Assembly: GCF_006345805.1 (NCBI RefSeq)
Contig: NC_042998.1
Location: 166,222,001-166,286,000, forward strand
Source of the DNA: Octopus sinensis
Taxonomy: Eukaryota
Direction: 5' to 3'
DNA length: 64,000 nucleotides
Position numbers and translations under genes: made by a program. This document shows positions 1 through 11,705 of this stretch, one piece after another (the first letter of the stretch is position 1; each line of letters begins with the position of its first letter). Under the pieces are notes generated by a model. It was not told the DNA's origin, did not search any database, and saw only the letters and a program-made list of their open reading frames with translations.

Positions 1-1679
1 GGAACTTCCTCCATAGGGTTCAGGGAGAAGCAACCGTCATTAATCCTTAAAAGCTGTCCCCTTGCGGATTCCTTTCAGGGTCCCGAGACATATCTTTTGT
101 GTCCCCATCCACGCCTTCCAGAACAAGTGGCAGGTTCATTACTGGTTATATTTGCATTGAGTAGAGACTGTAGTATACTTTTTAAACGGACCTCTCTATC
201 TAAGAACCGAACACATCTCTTGTTAATCCGTGTGACAGACAATGCGGCATTACTGTTTTCTTGAACCTCTTTCACAATGCAGTTTTTGGTGGTTTGATTC
301 ATACCATGCTCTAAGATGTTATTTATATCTGATCCGCGAACAACTATATATTTTATCGAATCCAGAAAAAAGACAAAATACGGATTTTATCAGCAAAATT
401 GAACTCCTTCTATTGTGAGAAATGCATATTCTCTCAAGAGATTACAACGTCTAAATGATAAAGCAAAATGTAAATAACTCATATAAATGCTGTATGAAAA
501 AGCTTTCCAAAATTAAACAGCAAAATAAAACATTTCAAGATAAATTATTTATATATATGACATATTTAAAGTGTTTCGTTGAAAAACTAAAAGCTGTAGT
601 TTTCGCCAGACAAAGAAATCTCTTTATAGACTTATTGTGTCATACTTTTAACATATGTCTGTAAAGGGATTTTTCTCGGACGAAAACTGCAGATTCTGGC
701 TTTTCAACGATATACATACATTGTGTCACAAAGATAATAATTTTACTCTATAGCTACTTCTTTTGAATAATTCAAATGGCGTCACTGCAAACCAGTGTGG
801 CCCATTCGACTTCGTTTCGGAAGTGACACGAGTATGTGATACTGAAAAGCCATAAGAACGACGAAATGCACATCTATCGCACTTGTAGTCAATTTCGGAG
901 CTATTTAGTTTTGCCTAGCTCTGAAGTACTCGCACGTTGCATTTTTTTAAACACAATACGTTATAGAGGGACTTTTTTCGGACGAAAACTGCAGCTTTTG
1001 ATTTTTCAATGATACACATACGTTAAGTATGTTATAGAGTTGCTTCTATATCATTGTTCAAATTTTAAGATAATTTTTTGCTTAAGAAGGTTCAATAAAT
1101 TTGCCTTCCAGATAATTTAGTTGGCAGTAAAGAAAAGATATTTAAATAGATTGTTACAGCCACACTTTTTTCTTCCATTTGACCATTTTGACATATATAC
1201 GCACACATATACACTCACCCCTCTCACCCGTATATAATGAACTAAAGATATACAGTGAAAGGTTGTAAATCTTGCCAAAACATCTGGTTTCTTTAATTAG
1301 GGGACTAGATTAGCTCGTAGACTCTACACACGATATTCCTGTTTTTAGAACTCTTCTTCATCATTAAGTTGATAGCAATTCTATATGTGGTTGATTGTAT
1401 ATTGTAGCAATTGTAGTTGAAAGTAGCTAATATATATCCCGTTTCTACGTCTGGATAGTAACAAATCTGGAAGTTCAAACAGTATGTTGATTTGTAATAT
1501 TGATATTGCTCCTTACAATTTATAGTACTTGACTGGTATTTTATTTTCAACGTCCCGACACAGAAATGATGAAAAGCACAAATCGACCACGACAGGACTT
1601 GGTCTCAGAACGTAAAGAGATGTTGCCAAATACCTATTATGTTAAACTAGTTCTATAATAATTCTTTCTGCTAGAGACA

Positions 1680-1850
1680 TAAGGCCTGAAATTCGTGTGC
1701 GATAGGTGATTCATCACTCTCAGCTGATATTTATTTTATCGAGAAGAAAAGTTGACCTCGGCGAGATTTGAACTCAGAACGTAGAGCCAGAAGAAATATC
1801 AGTAAGCATTTTGTTCGGTGTGTTAATGATTCTGCCAGCACACCGTCTTC
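1680..1850 (-). mobile_element. SINE family A (tRNA-headed), diverged copy
   Basis: Reverse complement reads gctggcagaatcattaacac...ttctgagttcaaatctcgccgaggtcaact, matching the cleaner copy at 33156-33383 (A-box TGGCAGAATCGTT, B-box GAGTTCAAATTCC). Confidence 0.75.
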
Positions 1851-1867
1851 TAAATCTGTAATAATCA

Positions 1868-2085
1868 TATGCATTATTTACTTTATTTACATTCAACGGA
1901 TATTTGTCCTCATCTTGTTTGTTGTTAACACAACGTTTCGGCTGATATGCCCTCCAGCCTTCTTCAGGAGTCTTGGGGAAATTTCGAACCTGGGTTTTCA
2001 TTCCTAAGGTATTTTTCGATGTTGTTGTTGTTGTTGTTGTTGTTGTTATTATTATTATTTTATTATTATTATTATTATTATTATA

Positions 2086-2134
<49 letters not shown>

Positions 2135-2274
2135 TATTAATATTATTATTATTATTATTATTATTATTATGATTATTATTATTATTATTAATTTTGTTCA
2201 GGTCACTGCTTGGAATCGAACTCGAAATCTTGGAGTTAGTAGCCCGCGCTCTTAACCACTACGCCATATGCCCG
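1868..2274 (-). mobile_element. SINE family D: tRNA-like head, internal (AAT)n, hammerhead-bearing tail
   Basis: Minus strand: gggcatatggcgtagtggttaagagc (A-box), gagttcgattcc (B-box), (AAT/AAC)n at 2020-2192, then tail aacatcgaaaaatacc...ctgaagaaggctg..cagccgaaacgtt..gtaaataaagtaaataat. Confidence 0.75.
1927..1972 (-). ncRNA. Minimal type-I hammerhead-like motif in SINE D tail
   Basis: gactc-CTGAAGA-a-ggctg(loop)cagcc-GAAA-C-GT-T-gtgtt. Core intact, 5-bp helix II, palindromic AACGTT helix III, helix I with one mismatch. Folded by eye. Confidence 0.6.
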
Positions 2275-2369
2275 TGGTTAAGAGCGCGGGCTACAAACCC
2301 CCAAGATTCCGAGTTCGATTCCAAACAGTGACCTGAACAATGATAATAAATAACATCGAAAAATACCTT
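2275..2369 (+). mobile_element. SINE D partial copy, inverted against 1868-2274
   Basis: tggttaagagcgcgggctac...gagttcgattcc..gtgacctgaac..aacatcgaaaaatacctt is the reverse complement of 2195-2259 and 2006-2023. Confidence 0.75.
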
Positions 2370-3600
2370 TCGGTTACTTCGCTAGCAAAGTAAAAATATA
2401 TGTTCATATTAATGGAAGTACTGCAGAACAAAAGGTAACATTTCATAAAGATGATCTTTCAAATATTCACACCGTTATTAGTATCCCATGATTCTCCTCT
2501 TGTATCGTCCTCCCCCTCCATTAACATCGCGTATTTGTACACACAAACACGCGCATGTGCACACACACAGACACAGACACACATACATACACATACATAC
2601 ATACATACATACATACATACATACATACAAACATACATACGTGCACACATACATATATACATACACAAACACACACACACACACGCTTTTGTTTTTTTCT
2701 GTTACGATGATTTATCAAGTTAACTCAAGTATTTTTTTGTCACCGTAAAGGAGATAATATTCGGACGCGTCCTTGTACTAGACGCTAGATTATCGCAGAT
2801 TAAGTTCCCCGACATAATGGTACCATTCTGGAGCAAAGTAAACTGAACCAAACAGAGTGAAGTGTTTTGCTCAAGGGCATGACGCAACGCAAGCATTTTC
2901 AATTCGAAGTTAGACGCAGTCACCTAAACCCACTTGACTTTTGCTCCTGTCTCTTTCTCTCTCCTCTCCCTCTCCCTTTCTCTGCATCTAGCTTTCTCTC
3001 ATACGCGCCCGCACACACACTCGCACACCGGGCTTAAGCTGTACGATTTATATTTCATTAGACCGTAATTGCTTCCCCTCCGTCTCTTCTGCTTTTCATT
3101 TTGCTCTATTTTTTTCTCTTAGTACGTTCTAATCCTCTTCACTACCCCCACCAACCAATTATAAATATTCTCTTTCTTACATTTCCTGTTCCTCTCAAAC
3201 CTTCCTAACTGCATTTGACTGTACATATTTGCTATTTTGCATTCCACTTACACGTATCTCAATGTCTTCTGTCTGGTATTAAATTTTAACTTTGTTTTTC
3301 AGTAACTTCCCTGCTTCCATTTATCAAGCAAGATCTAACATGACATAACGGTGATTCTTTTCTGTTTCGGTCTATTCTTTCAGTTTTCTTCTTACTTTCT
3401 TTTGTATTTTTTCTTATTATCCATTGATGCGTTTAAGAAAGCCTGAATATTATCACTGTATCACAAGGTCCCGGGTTCAGTCCCACCGCGTGACATATTC
3501 GGCAAGAGTCTTCTACTATAACCCAAAGCGGATCGAACCATACAGATGGATTTTTCAGATGAATTTTGTGAAGAAGCCCTTCGGTTATTTTTTCTTGTTT

Positions 3601-3840
3601 TCTTTCACTTGGTTCAGTCATTTGACTGCAGCCATGCTGGAGCACCACCTTAAAGGGTTTTAGTCAAAGAAATTGACTCCAGGACTTTTTCTTTGTAAGC
3701 CCAGTACTTATTCTATCGGTTTCTTTTGCCGAGCCGCTAGTTTACAGGGACATAAATACACCAACATTGGTTGCCAAGCAATGGTGTGGGGACAAACGCA
3801 GACATACAAAAACACACATATACACACACAAATACATAAA

Positions 3841-3889
<49 letters not shown>

Positions 3890-3986
3890 GACGGGGTTCT
3901 TTCAGTTTCCGTCTACTAAAATCTACTCACAGGGCTTTGGTCGACCCAAGGTTGTAGTATAAATGTAGCTCAATGTGCCACGAAGT
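3601..3986 (-). mobile_element. SINE family B (tRNA-headed, internal microsatellite, CR1-like tail)
   Basis: Matches copies at 8583 and 40030: cttggttcagtcatttgactgcagccatgctggagcacc, internal (TA)n, ttctttcagtttccgtctac. Confidence 0.8.
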
Positions 3987-4004
3987 GTATATATGCGTCT
4001 GTGT

Positions 4005-4215
4005 GTGTGTGTGTGTGTGTGTGTTTCGCCACCACCTATTGACAGCCGGCGTTGGTTTGTTTACGTCCCCCTCACTTAAGCGGTCCGGCAAAAGATATCG
4101 ATAGAATAGGTACCAGTTTTAAAAACGAATACTAGGATCGATTTGTTCGACTAAATCCTTTAGGGTGATGCTCCAGTATGGCCGCAGTCCTATGACTGAT
4201 ACAAGTAAAAGATAA
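4005..4215 (+). mobile_element. SINE B 3' half
   Basis: gttggtttgtttacgtcccc...gctccagtatggccgcagtcctatgactgatacaagtaaaaga tail. Confidence 0.75.
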
Positions 4216-4684
4216 CTGATGAATTATCGTGACCCCACTCGTTCTGGTTTATCAGTGTGACGATGTAGGTAGGATATTCTGAATAGCTACAAGGAAAATA
4301 TCGAAATGAAATCCAGTAATAGAAAGTAAATGATATTAAAGAGATGTCAAAATTGTAAACGTTTTAAAATATGAGAAAACGATGAAGTATCGTTATCAAC
4401 TAGGTTAAAAGAAAAAACACAATCGCTAATACAAAATAAGTATTGTATATTAGATCACAAGCGCAAAGTTCTTTACAAAAACTTTTAAAACCAAATAAAA
4501 GCCTTTAGTACCAAACCTTAAGGAGAGTGAACTAGACTAGTTGCCTTGAAGTTATATATACAAACTTAAGTACATTTATATAAGACTTAAGACACAGCCG
4601 CCAAACGTGATACTCATATACATGACATTATAATTCGAAGTTAAACGCAGTCACCTAACCCGCTTGTCTTTTGCTCCCTCTCTC

Positions 4685-4738
<54 letters not shown>

Positions 4739-5755
4739 TCGCTAACTGGACTGAAGCTGCATAATTTATATTTAATAGGAAACCAAACTAATCTGGCTAG
4801 TAGTCTTAGTTGGTATTCACGAAAGGCATAAATTCACCACAACTATCTTGTATGCTTGCCTAAAGTATGAAAATACAATACAAAAAAGCAAAGCCAACGA
4901 CGTTTTCTTATAACTGTTAGCCATACTGTATTTTTCGGTAGAAAGTCGAATTTTTCCCATAAAAATTTACAGCAAAAAAAGTTAAGTCGACTAGTACAAC
5001 AAGACGACTTTGGAGAACCGAAAATTCCATGTGAATGAGCAGTAGAATTTGCAAAGATGGTGTGAATGTTTACACTACATGTTTACACTGTATAATACAT
5101 CGATTACATGCTGGAAATTATGATATAAAGAGATACGTTTATTATATATCATAAACTAAAATTTCAATGTAAACTTATGAAAAGCAAACTGTTAAGTAGT
5201 TATTAAACTGTAATTACGTTAGAAAACTTTTCAAGAGTCAACAAATGTGGGAATTATTGATTTCATTGATACATTGTTCCTGACTATTGATATATTGTAT
5301 CTGATTTTATTGTACCTGCTTACAAGATAGTGGTATCTATAGCTGCTTTTTGCTTTCTTACGAAGGACACAAGTGGTAAAATACGAACACAGAGGTTAGC
5401 TTTGCCCTTCATCCTTTCAGGGTTGGTTAAATAAGTATCACTTGAACACTGGGTTTGATGTAATCGACTAACAGCCTTGCCCCAAATTTCAGGCCTTGTG
5501 CCAATTGTAGAAAAGAATTACGCTTTTTCTTTTGAACATAAGACCACAAATATGCAGAAGACATATTCAAAGACATATTTGATAGAGCAACCTAAGTATG
5601 TACCTAGTTGTTGCACTAGTTGAAATGTTTTTTAATTCGTCGGAGGTTGAAATTAATTATACTACCAAGAATTTACTACGGTGATCTACACATCTTCCAT
5701 CCCATCCATGAACTCATCATAAATCCAGTTTTTTGGTTTCAAGAAAATATAGCAT

Positions 5756-5996
5756 TGTAGGGCAGGATTCGTGACAGACGAACTGTAGACAGAAACTTTG
5801 CTGCGGGCTAGCTAGGAAGTTGGTCAGCAGGAAAAGAACAGGGAGTTCCGGTAGGAGAAGGAAAACAAAAGAATGTCAACAGTGAGTGTGAACTAAACAG
5901 AAATAACCGACGACTTAAGCCCTGATGCACGTAAAGTAATAAACCTTTGATAAATGTATTCTTGTCTCTACTAGTTTGTTTGCGTATAGCTCAACA
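5756..5996 (+). mobile_element. Possible solo LTR
   Basis: TGTA...AACA ends, AATAAA about 55 bp before the 3' end, about 240 bp long. No clean 4-6 bp TSD. Confidence 0.3.
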
Positions 5997-7298
5997 AAGC
6001 TATAGCATGAACACAACACAGTACAACACACACATGCACACGCACACACATATACACACACGTACCTGCAGGCATATAGAGTTGTCACTGGCAAGCGAGT
6101 ATGACTTTCTGGCAGGTTCTATTCTTTCGATAATTGTTTTAACGGTGCGAGTACGCACGGTTACACCCTCACGACTCTTTCACCATTGCCTCAGTGGAAC
6201 GTTTGAGATATGACAACTAAACGAAGAGAATGCTGCACCAGCGGTAGGCTGGAACTCACTTTTCCGTTGAGTGAACGAGAAGCAACATGAAATAATGTAT
6301 CATTCAAATACACAATGCACCGCCCGATCTGGGGGAATGAACCTAGTACCTTATAATCGGGAGCCCAAAATACTAAGCGTTAGATCATACATCTACGCAC
6401 ACAGACTGACTGTATTATTAGATTCGCATTGAGAAACAATGAGTTAGCAAAATAACCGGCATTTATTTGTGTCATTTTGTTGTTGAAAACCATCTTTACT
6501 TAGAGTATTAAATAACTGATGAGTGAAATAAATTGGACTTCAACACCATTTTCTCAGTTACATAGAATGATGTTTAAAGCCTGTTGACGAAGTTGACAAA
6601 GACACGTTTTATCAATCCAACTTCTGTGTTACAAATATAAAACAAATAACAAAAACAAAACATAAATAACAGAAAACATAGATAAACTAAATGGCAAAAC
6701 CTTGTTGTAAATCTCTCATAGACACGACATAAAAATCTACCTTTAGCCAGTTACGACGCTTATAGCTTGTAATTCTAACTTCAGAGAGATAATAAAAATA
6801 AGTCTGGATTAGATTTACGGAAGCCAGTCGTTTCTAAAGACTCATAAAATAAAACAGTTTTGGCAGATGGTTTTAGTTTCATGAAAAACTTCGAAGTTGT
6901 TTTAACGCTGCTGCTGTCCCTGTTTGACTTTCCACTGATTATTACATCGACGGAAGAGAGGGGCTACTACTTAAGGAAGGGAATTACAGAAGGCCCCCAT
7001 TTATAAGAATGGCTCATAACAGAGAAATTACCGCCAGCAGAAGTACATCAGAAATGACGTCTAAAATTGCTTGTGAAAAATGCCTCGCATGTGTATATAT
7101 CTATACGTATCTAAGTGTGAGTATATGAACGTATTGTGTTATGTTAGAGTGTTTCCTCTTCCTCCTTTCTTCATTCCTTACTCTCTTCCTAAAACTTCCT
7201 TCATAATTTCTCTGCTCTTATTTTCTTAATGCACATAATCATATTAATAGTTCTCTGATAATTCAACCTTTTACGTATTACGAACAAGGCTATTTTTC

Positions 7299-7860
<562 letters not shown>

Positions 7861-8155
7861 TATTCGATCATTTACTCATAACTCCTCCATCTCAATAATG
7901 GGCTTCATAACCATCAGTGGATATAATTGCGAATTGGGAAGAAGAAAGTGTCCTCAAATAAGAAGTAGTCTTATGATGAACCGAAGCCAAATTACAGCTT
8001 CGATTCATAAAGATGAAAGTCCATTTTACAAAAAGATGATAATGCATTTGAGGAAGTTATGTAAAGCACAACCTCTAGCATCTTAATATTCGAGATATTT
8101 GTATAGTGTAAAAAAGCGAAAATACCAGCATACTTGCAAATCATGGCGAGCACTA

Positions 8156-8373
8156 TGCGAGGGGGTGTTGAATAGTTCTTGGCTTTGGTAAAAGAAAATA
8201 CAGGGCGATCAGTTGATTATGATTTTATTCAACATATTCCCCTCTCAGATTCACACACTTATCGCAGTGGTCCTTCAGTTTTTCTGAGCCCTGTAAAAGA
8301 ACTCGGAATGTTGGGCCTCCAACCAGGGCTTTCGTGACACCCTTAAAGCTAGGGACTTTTCATCAATTCCTCG
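8156..8373 (-). mobile_element. Internally deleted mariner derivative
   Basis: Imperfect TIRs (tgcgagggggtgttgaatagttc / gggacttttcatcaattcctcg|ta). Minus strand encodes the transposase C-terminus KCVNLRGEYVE*. Confidence 0.7.
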
Positions 8374-8582
8374 TAGAGTAGAAATATTTACTTCTAGAGT
8401 AGAAATAAGTACTCTTGATAAATCAAGTCAATTACGACAGTTTGTTAAAAAATAAATAAATAAAAGAAATGATAATAAAAAAAGACAAGAAGGTAAGAAA
8501 TGTATTTTTGTGTGAAATAATAAAGCGAAATAGATATTATTTAAAGTTTGTCTAAGAAGTTTGATTTTTAATAAACTATTAA

Positions 8583-8989
8583 GACGTAGGTGTGGCTGTG
8601 AGGTAAGAACCTTGCTTCCCAACTATTTGGTTCAGGTTCAGTCCCACTGCGTGGCACCTTGGACAAGGGTCTTCTACTACATATCCACGGGCCGGACCAA
8701 AGCCTTGTGCGTGGATTTGGTGAACGGAAACTGAAAGAAGCCTGTCGTATATATATATGTATATACCTATGTGTGAGTGTGTCTTTGTGTCTGTGTTTGT
8801 CTCCTGACCACTGCTTGACAACCAGTGTTGGTGTGTTTAAGTTCTGTAACATAGCGGTTCGGCAAAAGATAGAATAAGTACTACACTTGAAAACAAAAGT
8901 CCAGGTGTCGATTTGTTCGACTAAAACGATTCAAGGCGGTGCTCCAGCATGGTTGCAGTGAAATGACAGAGACAAGTAAGAAGATAAAA
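8583..8989 (+). mobile_element. SINE family B, near full length
   Basis: A-box-like gtggctgtgaggtaag, B-box-like ggttcagtccc, central microsatellite, 3' ggcggtgctccagcatgg...gacaagtaagaag. Confidence 0.85.
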
Positions 8990-9194
8990 AGATTTTAAAA
9001 AGTTATTAAAGAAATCCACATTGTATCTTTTTTTTTTTACTTAAAATAGTTGAAGATTCTCTTTTTAAATGAAGGAAAGAATACAGCACTTTTGCTTTGC
9101 CTTAGATTCATGTTAGACTGTGTACCACGGATGTCCTTTTCCCAGTAAGACAACCGGAAGAGTTCTTTCAGTTTGATAGAAAACAATACTCAAA

Positions 9195-9283
9195 AGGCGG
9201 CGTGCTGGCAGAATCGTTAGCACGACGGGCGAAATGCTTAGGCGTATTTCGTCTGCCTTTACGTTCTGAGTTCAAATTCCGCC
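9195..9283 (+). mobile_element. SINE A head only
   Basis: aggcggcgtgctggcagaatcgttagcacg...gagttcaaattccgcc. Confidence 0.75.
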
Positions 9284-9299
9284 ATATACAACAAAAAAG

Positions 9300-9630
9300 T
9301 ACGAAGCACAGTACGTGGAACATGAACTATTCTTTCGAGCAACGAAAGACACAAATGGAAAACAAAGCTAAGAACATAAAGAATGACGCTTCACAGTTGT
9401 CGGCCGTTTTTCTAGTCTCATATTTCAAGCATTAACAATATACGCTTTCGATTAAAACAGTTGCTCCCGCAAAGCAGATTAAATAAAATTTGGGATTTTG
9501 CGGAGGGTCAAAATTGGTAACACAAACAGGACATTGAAAGCAAACAGGAAGGACAGCTAAGACAAACAAGAACACATCTTCCGTCTTCCAGCTACAATGG
9601 AGAGAAAGAAAATGATGGCCGATGGTCATG
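9300..9630. repeat. Unclassified dispersed repeat, also at about 60050-60170
   Basis: Shares aatggaaaacaa..aacataaagaa.gac.cttca.cagttgt.ggc.gttttcta with 60095-60165. Confidence 0.55.
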
Positions 9631-9643
9631 TGGGAGCCAATAT

Positions 9644-9686
<43 letters not shown>

Positions 9687-9707
9687 ATATATATATATAT
9701 ATATTAT

Positions 9708-9915
9708 TTTTACTTATTTCAGTCATCTGATTGCGGCCGTGCTGGAGCATCACCTTTAGTCGAACAAAACCCCAGGACTTATTCTTTGTAAGCCTAATAC
9801 TTATGCTATCGGTTATTTTTGCCGAACCGCTAAGTTACGGGGACGTAAACGCACCAGCATTGGTTGTCAAGCGATGGTGTAGGGTGGGGACAAACACAGA
9901 CGCATACAAACACAC
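9708..9915 (-). mobile_element. SINE B 3' half
   Basis: ttttacttatttcagtcatctgattgcggccgtgctggagcatc...ggacaaacacagac. Confidence 0.75.
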
Positions 9916-10010
9916 AGGGATATATATTAATATATATATATATATATAGGGATGGTATTATTAAAATGCCATCACAAGTGGTAAGCGAATTATTAGCCGT
10001 ACAGGCAAAT

Positions 10011-10439
10011 TAATAAAATATATACATACAATATTAGATATGTACATATATACATAAGGGTACTAAATGAGTACCTATATCGCTCATGATAGAAGTCAAA
10101 AAATACTTCTGTACCACCGAAAAAGTCACAAATCTATTACAGACAAGATAGGAAAAAATATCAGTAAAATATGATTTTACGCATTTCGTTTGTTCGTACG
10201 GTACTTGGTCACTTCAAACGAACTTTCGCAGGCATGATGGAGGAGAATGTTAGTAGGTATTTAGCTGGCGGACTTCGGCTGATGAGAAATCACGCGTCTA
10301 GGTGGCGCTAAATTTCGAAACCGGTACCGAGTTGACCAGCATTTACTTGTTCTGACCCATTTGAGGTAAAACAATATTGTTCACTCATTTAGTACCCTTA
10401 TGTATATATGTACAAATCTAATATTGTATGTATATATTT

Positions 10440-10444
<5 letters not shown>
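10011..10444. mobile_element. MITE with about 62-bp terminal inverted repeats
   Basis: 10011-10072 (taataaaatatatacatacaatattagatatgtacatatatacataagggtactaaatgagt) is the reverse complement of 10383-10444 with one mismatch. Confidence 0.75.
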
Positions 10445-10469
<25 letters not shown>

Positions 10470-10470
<1 letters not shown>

Positions 10471-10621
10471 CGACGGGTTTCTTTCAGTTTCCGTCTACTA
10501 AATCCACTCACAAGGCTTTGGTCGCCCCGAGGCTTTAGTTGAAGGCACTTGTCCAAGGTGCCAAGTAGTGAGACTGAACTTGGAACCATGTAGTTGGCAA
10601 GCAAGTTACTTACCACACGCC
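10470..10621 (-). mobile_element. SINE B 5' half
   Basis: gacgggtttctttcagtttccgtctac...ggaaccatgtagttggcaagcaagttacttacc. Confidence 0.75.
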
Positions 10622-10629
10622 GATATATA

Positions 10630-10669
<40 letters not shown>

Positions 10670-10732
10670 CTTTTTCAGAATGTGATAAAAAAAACCCATG
10701 GCTTTGAAGATTTTAGAACATTTATAAATAGA

Positions 10733-11127
10733 GGGTCTTACAGCTGTTTCCAGAATATTTATTATATCCCTTCATCGGAGACGGTGTGAGAAAATGGTTT
10801 AGCAATAGTTAATTTAGATAAGATACAAAATAGAGAACAAACTCTATACTTGGGATGACCAACTTTAAATAATATTGGAATTTACAATGACCAATTTTAA
10901 ATACTATTGGAATTTACTCACAAAGTATTGGAATCTAATATGTATACCATTCTGCTTAAATAATGGATCTACAAATGCAATATCCCTGCATATCTCACAT
11001 CTATTTTCATTCCTCCACTTCACTCTCTATTTCGTATCTTATCTAAATTAACTATTGCTTAACCATTTTCTCACACCGTCTCCGATGAAGGGATATAATA
11101 AATATCCTGGAAATAGCTGTAAGAGCC
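10733..11127. mobile_element. Inverted pair of Penelope-type terminal repeats, each ending in a hammerhead-like motif
   Basis: Arms 10733-10836 and 11024-11127 are near-identical reverse complements. Each reads gtct-CCGATGA-agggata..tat(t/c)ctg-GAAA-(c/t)agctg-TA-aga(c/g) outward. Confidence 0.65.
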
Positions 11128-11217
11128 AACGCTTAAATATTAACTCATGTATATAAATATAAATATATATATGTATATATACATATATATAAATTTGTGT
11201 GTATATATATATCTTTC

Positions 11218-11640
11218 TTTTATTTTATCTAGTTTCAGCTCACGAGCTGTGGCCATGCTGGGGCACCGCCATTTGGTGTTGCTACATGATTTTACTTCAC
11301 GAATGCTTTTTAGCAATTGCCATTTAGCGCATGAGAGAGTTCGATGCAGCTGCCCTCATCTGCACCTCCTGCCGTGAAGTTGGTTCACCTGGGACACCTG
11401 ACAGGAAGAGATCCAGTTTTATTTTAAAGACATCTGCATCCACCCCATGCAGGTCTCTCAGGTTCTTTGGGAGGATATTGAAGAGCTGTGGGCCTCTGAA
11501 GCCCAGGCTATCACAGTATCTTGTCCTACATCTTGATGGCAAATTTGAAGTCCTTGGCACTATGCAGTGGCGCCCAGTTCTAGCATTTGTGTAACTCTCA
11601 ATGCTAAAGTTTGAGACAAGTCCTTCTAGGATCTTGTAGG
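11218..11640 (-). mobile_element. CR1/L2-type LINE 3' fragment
   Basis: Translation YKILEGLV...SLGFRGPQLFNILPKNLRDLHGVDADVFKIKLDLFL is typical of the post-RT C-terminus. A short 3' UTR ends gctgaaactagataaaataaa. Confidence 0.8.

Positions 11641-11705
<65 letters not shown>

Noticed and set aside
1-390. Open frames on both strands at the window start
   Set aside because: No recognisable motif or convincing splice sites, and truncated by the window edge.
2195-2340. Functional tRNA genes
   Set aside because: A and B boxes are present but no complete cloverleaf forms, and they continue into SINE bodies. The same applies to the family A, B and C heads.
2780-2890. Minus-strand YFAPEW as kinase subdomain VIII
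   Set aside because: It lies in a SINE-like remnant (gtgttttgctcaaggg) and the frame stops within 10 codons.
6881-7006. Short signal-peptide-like ORF MKNFEVVLTLLLSLF...
   Set aside because: About 41 codons, no donor site, no other support.
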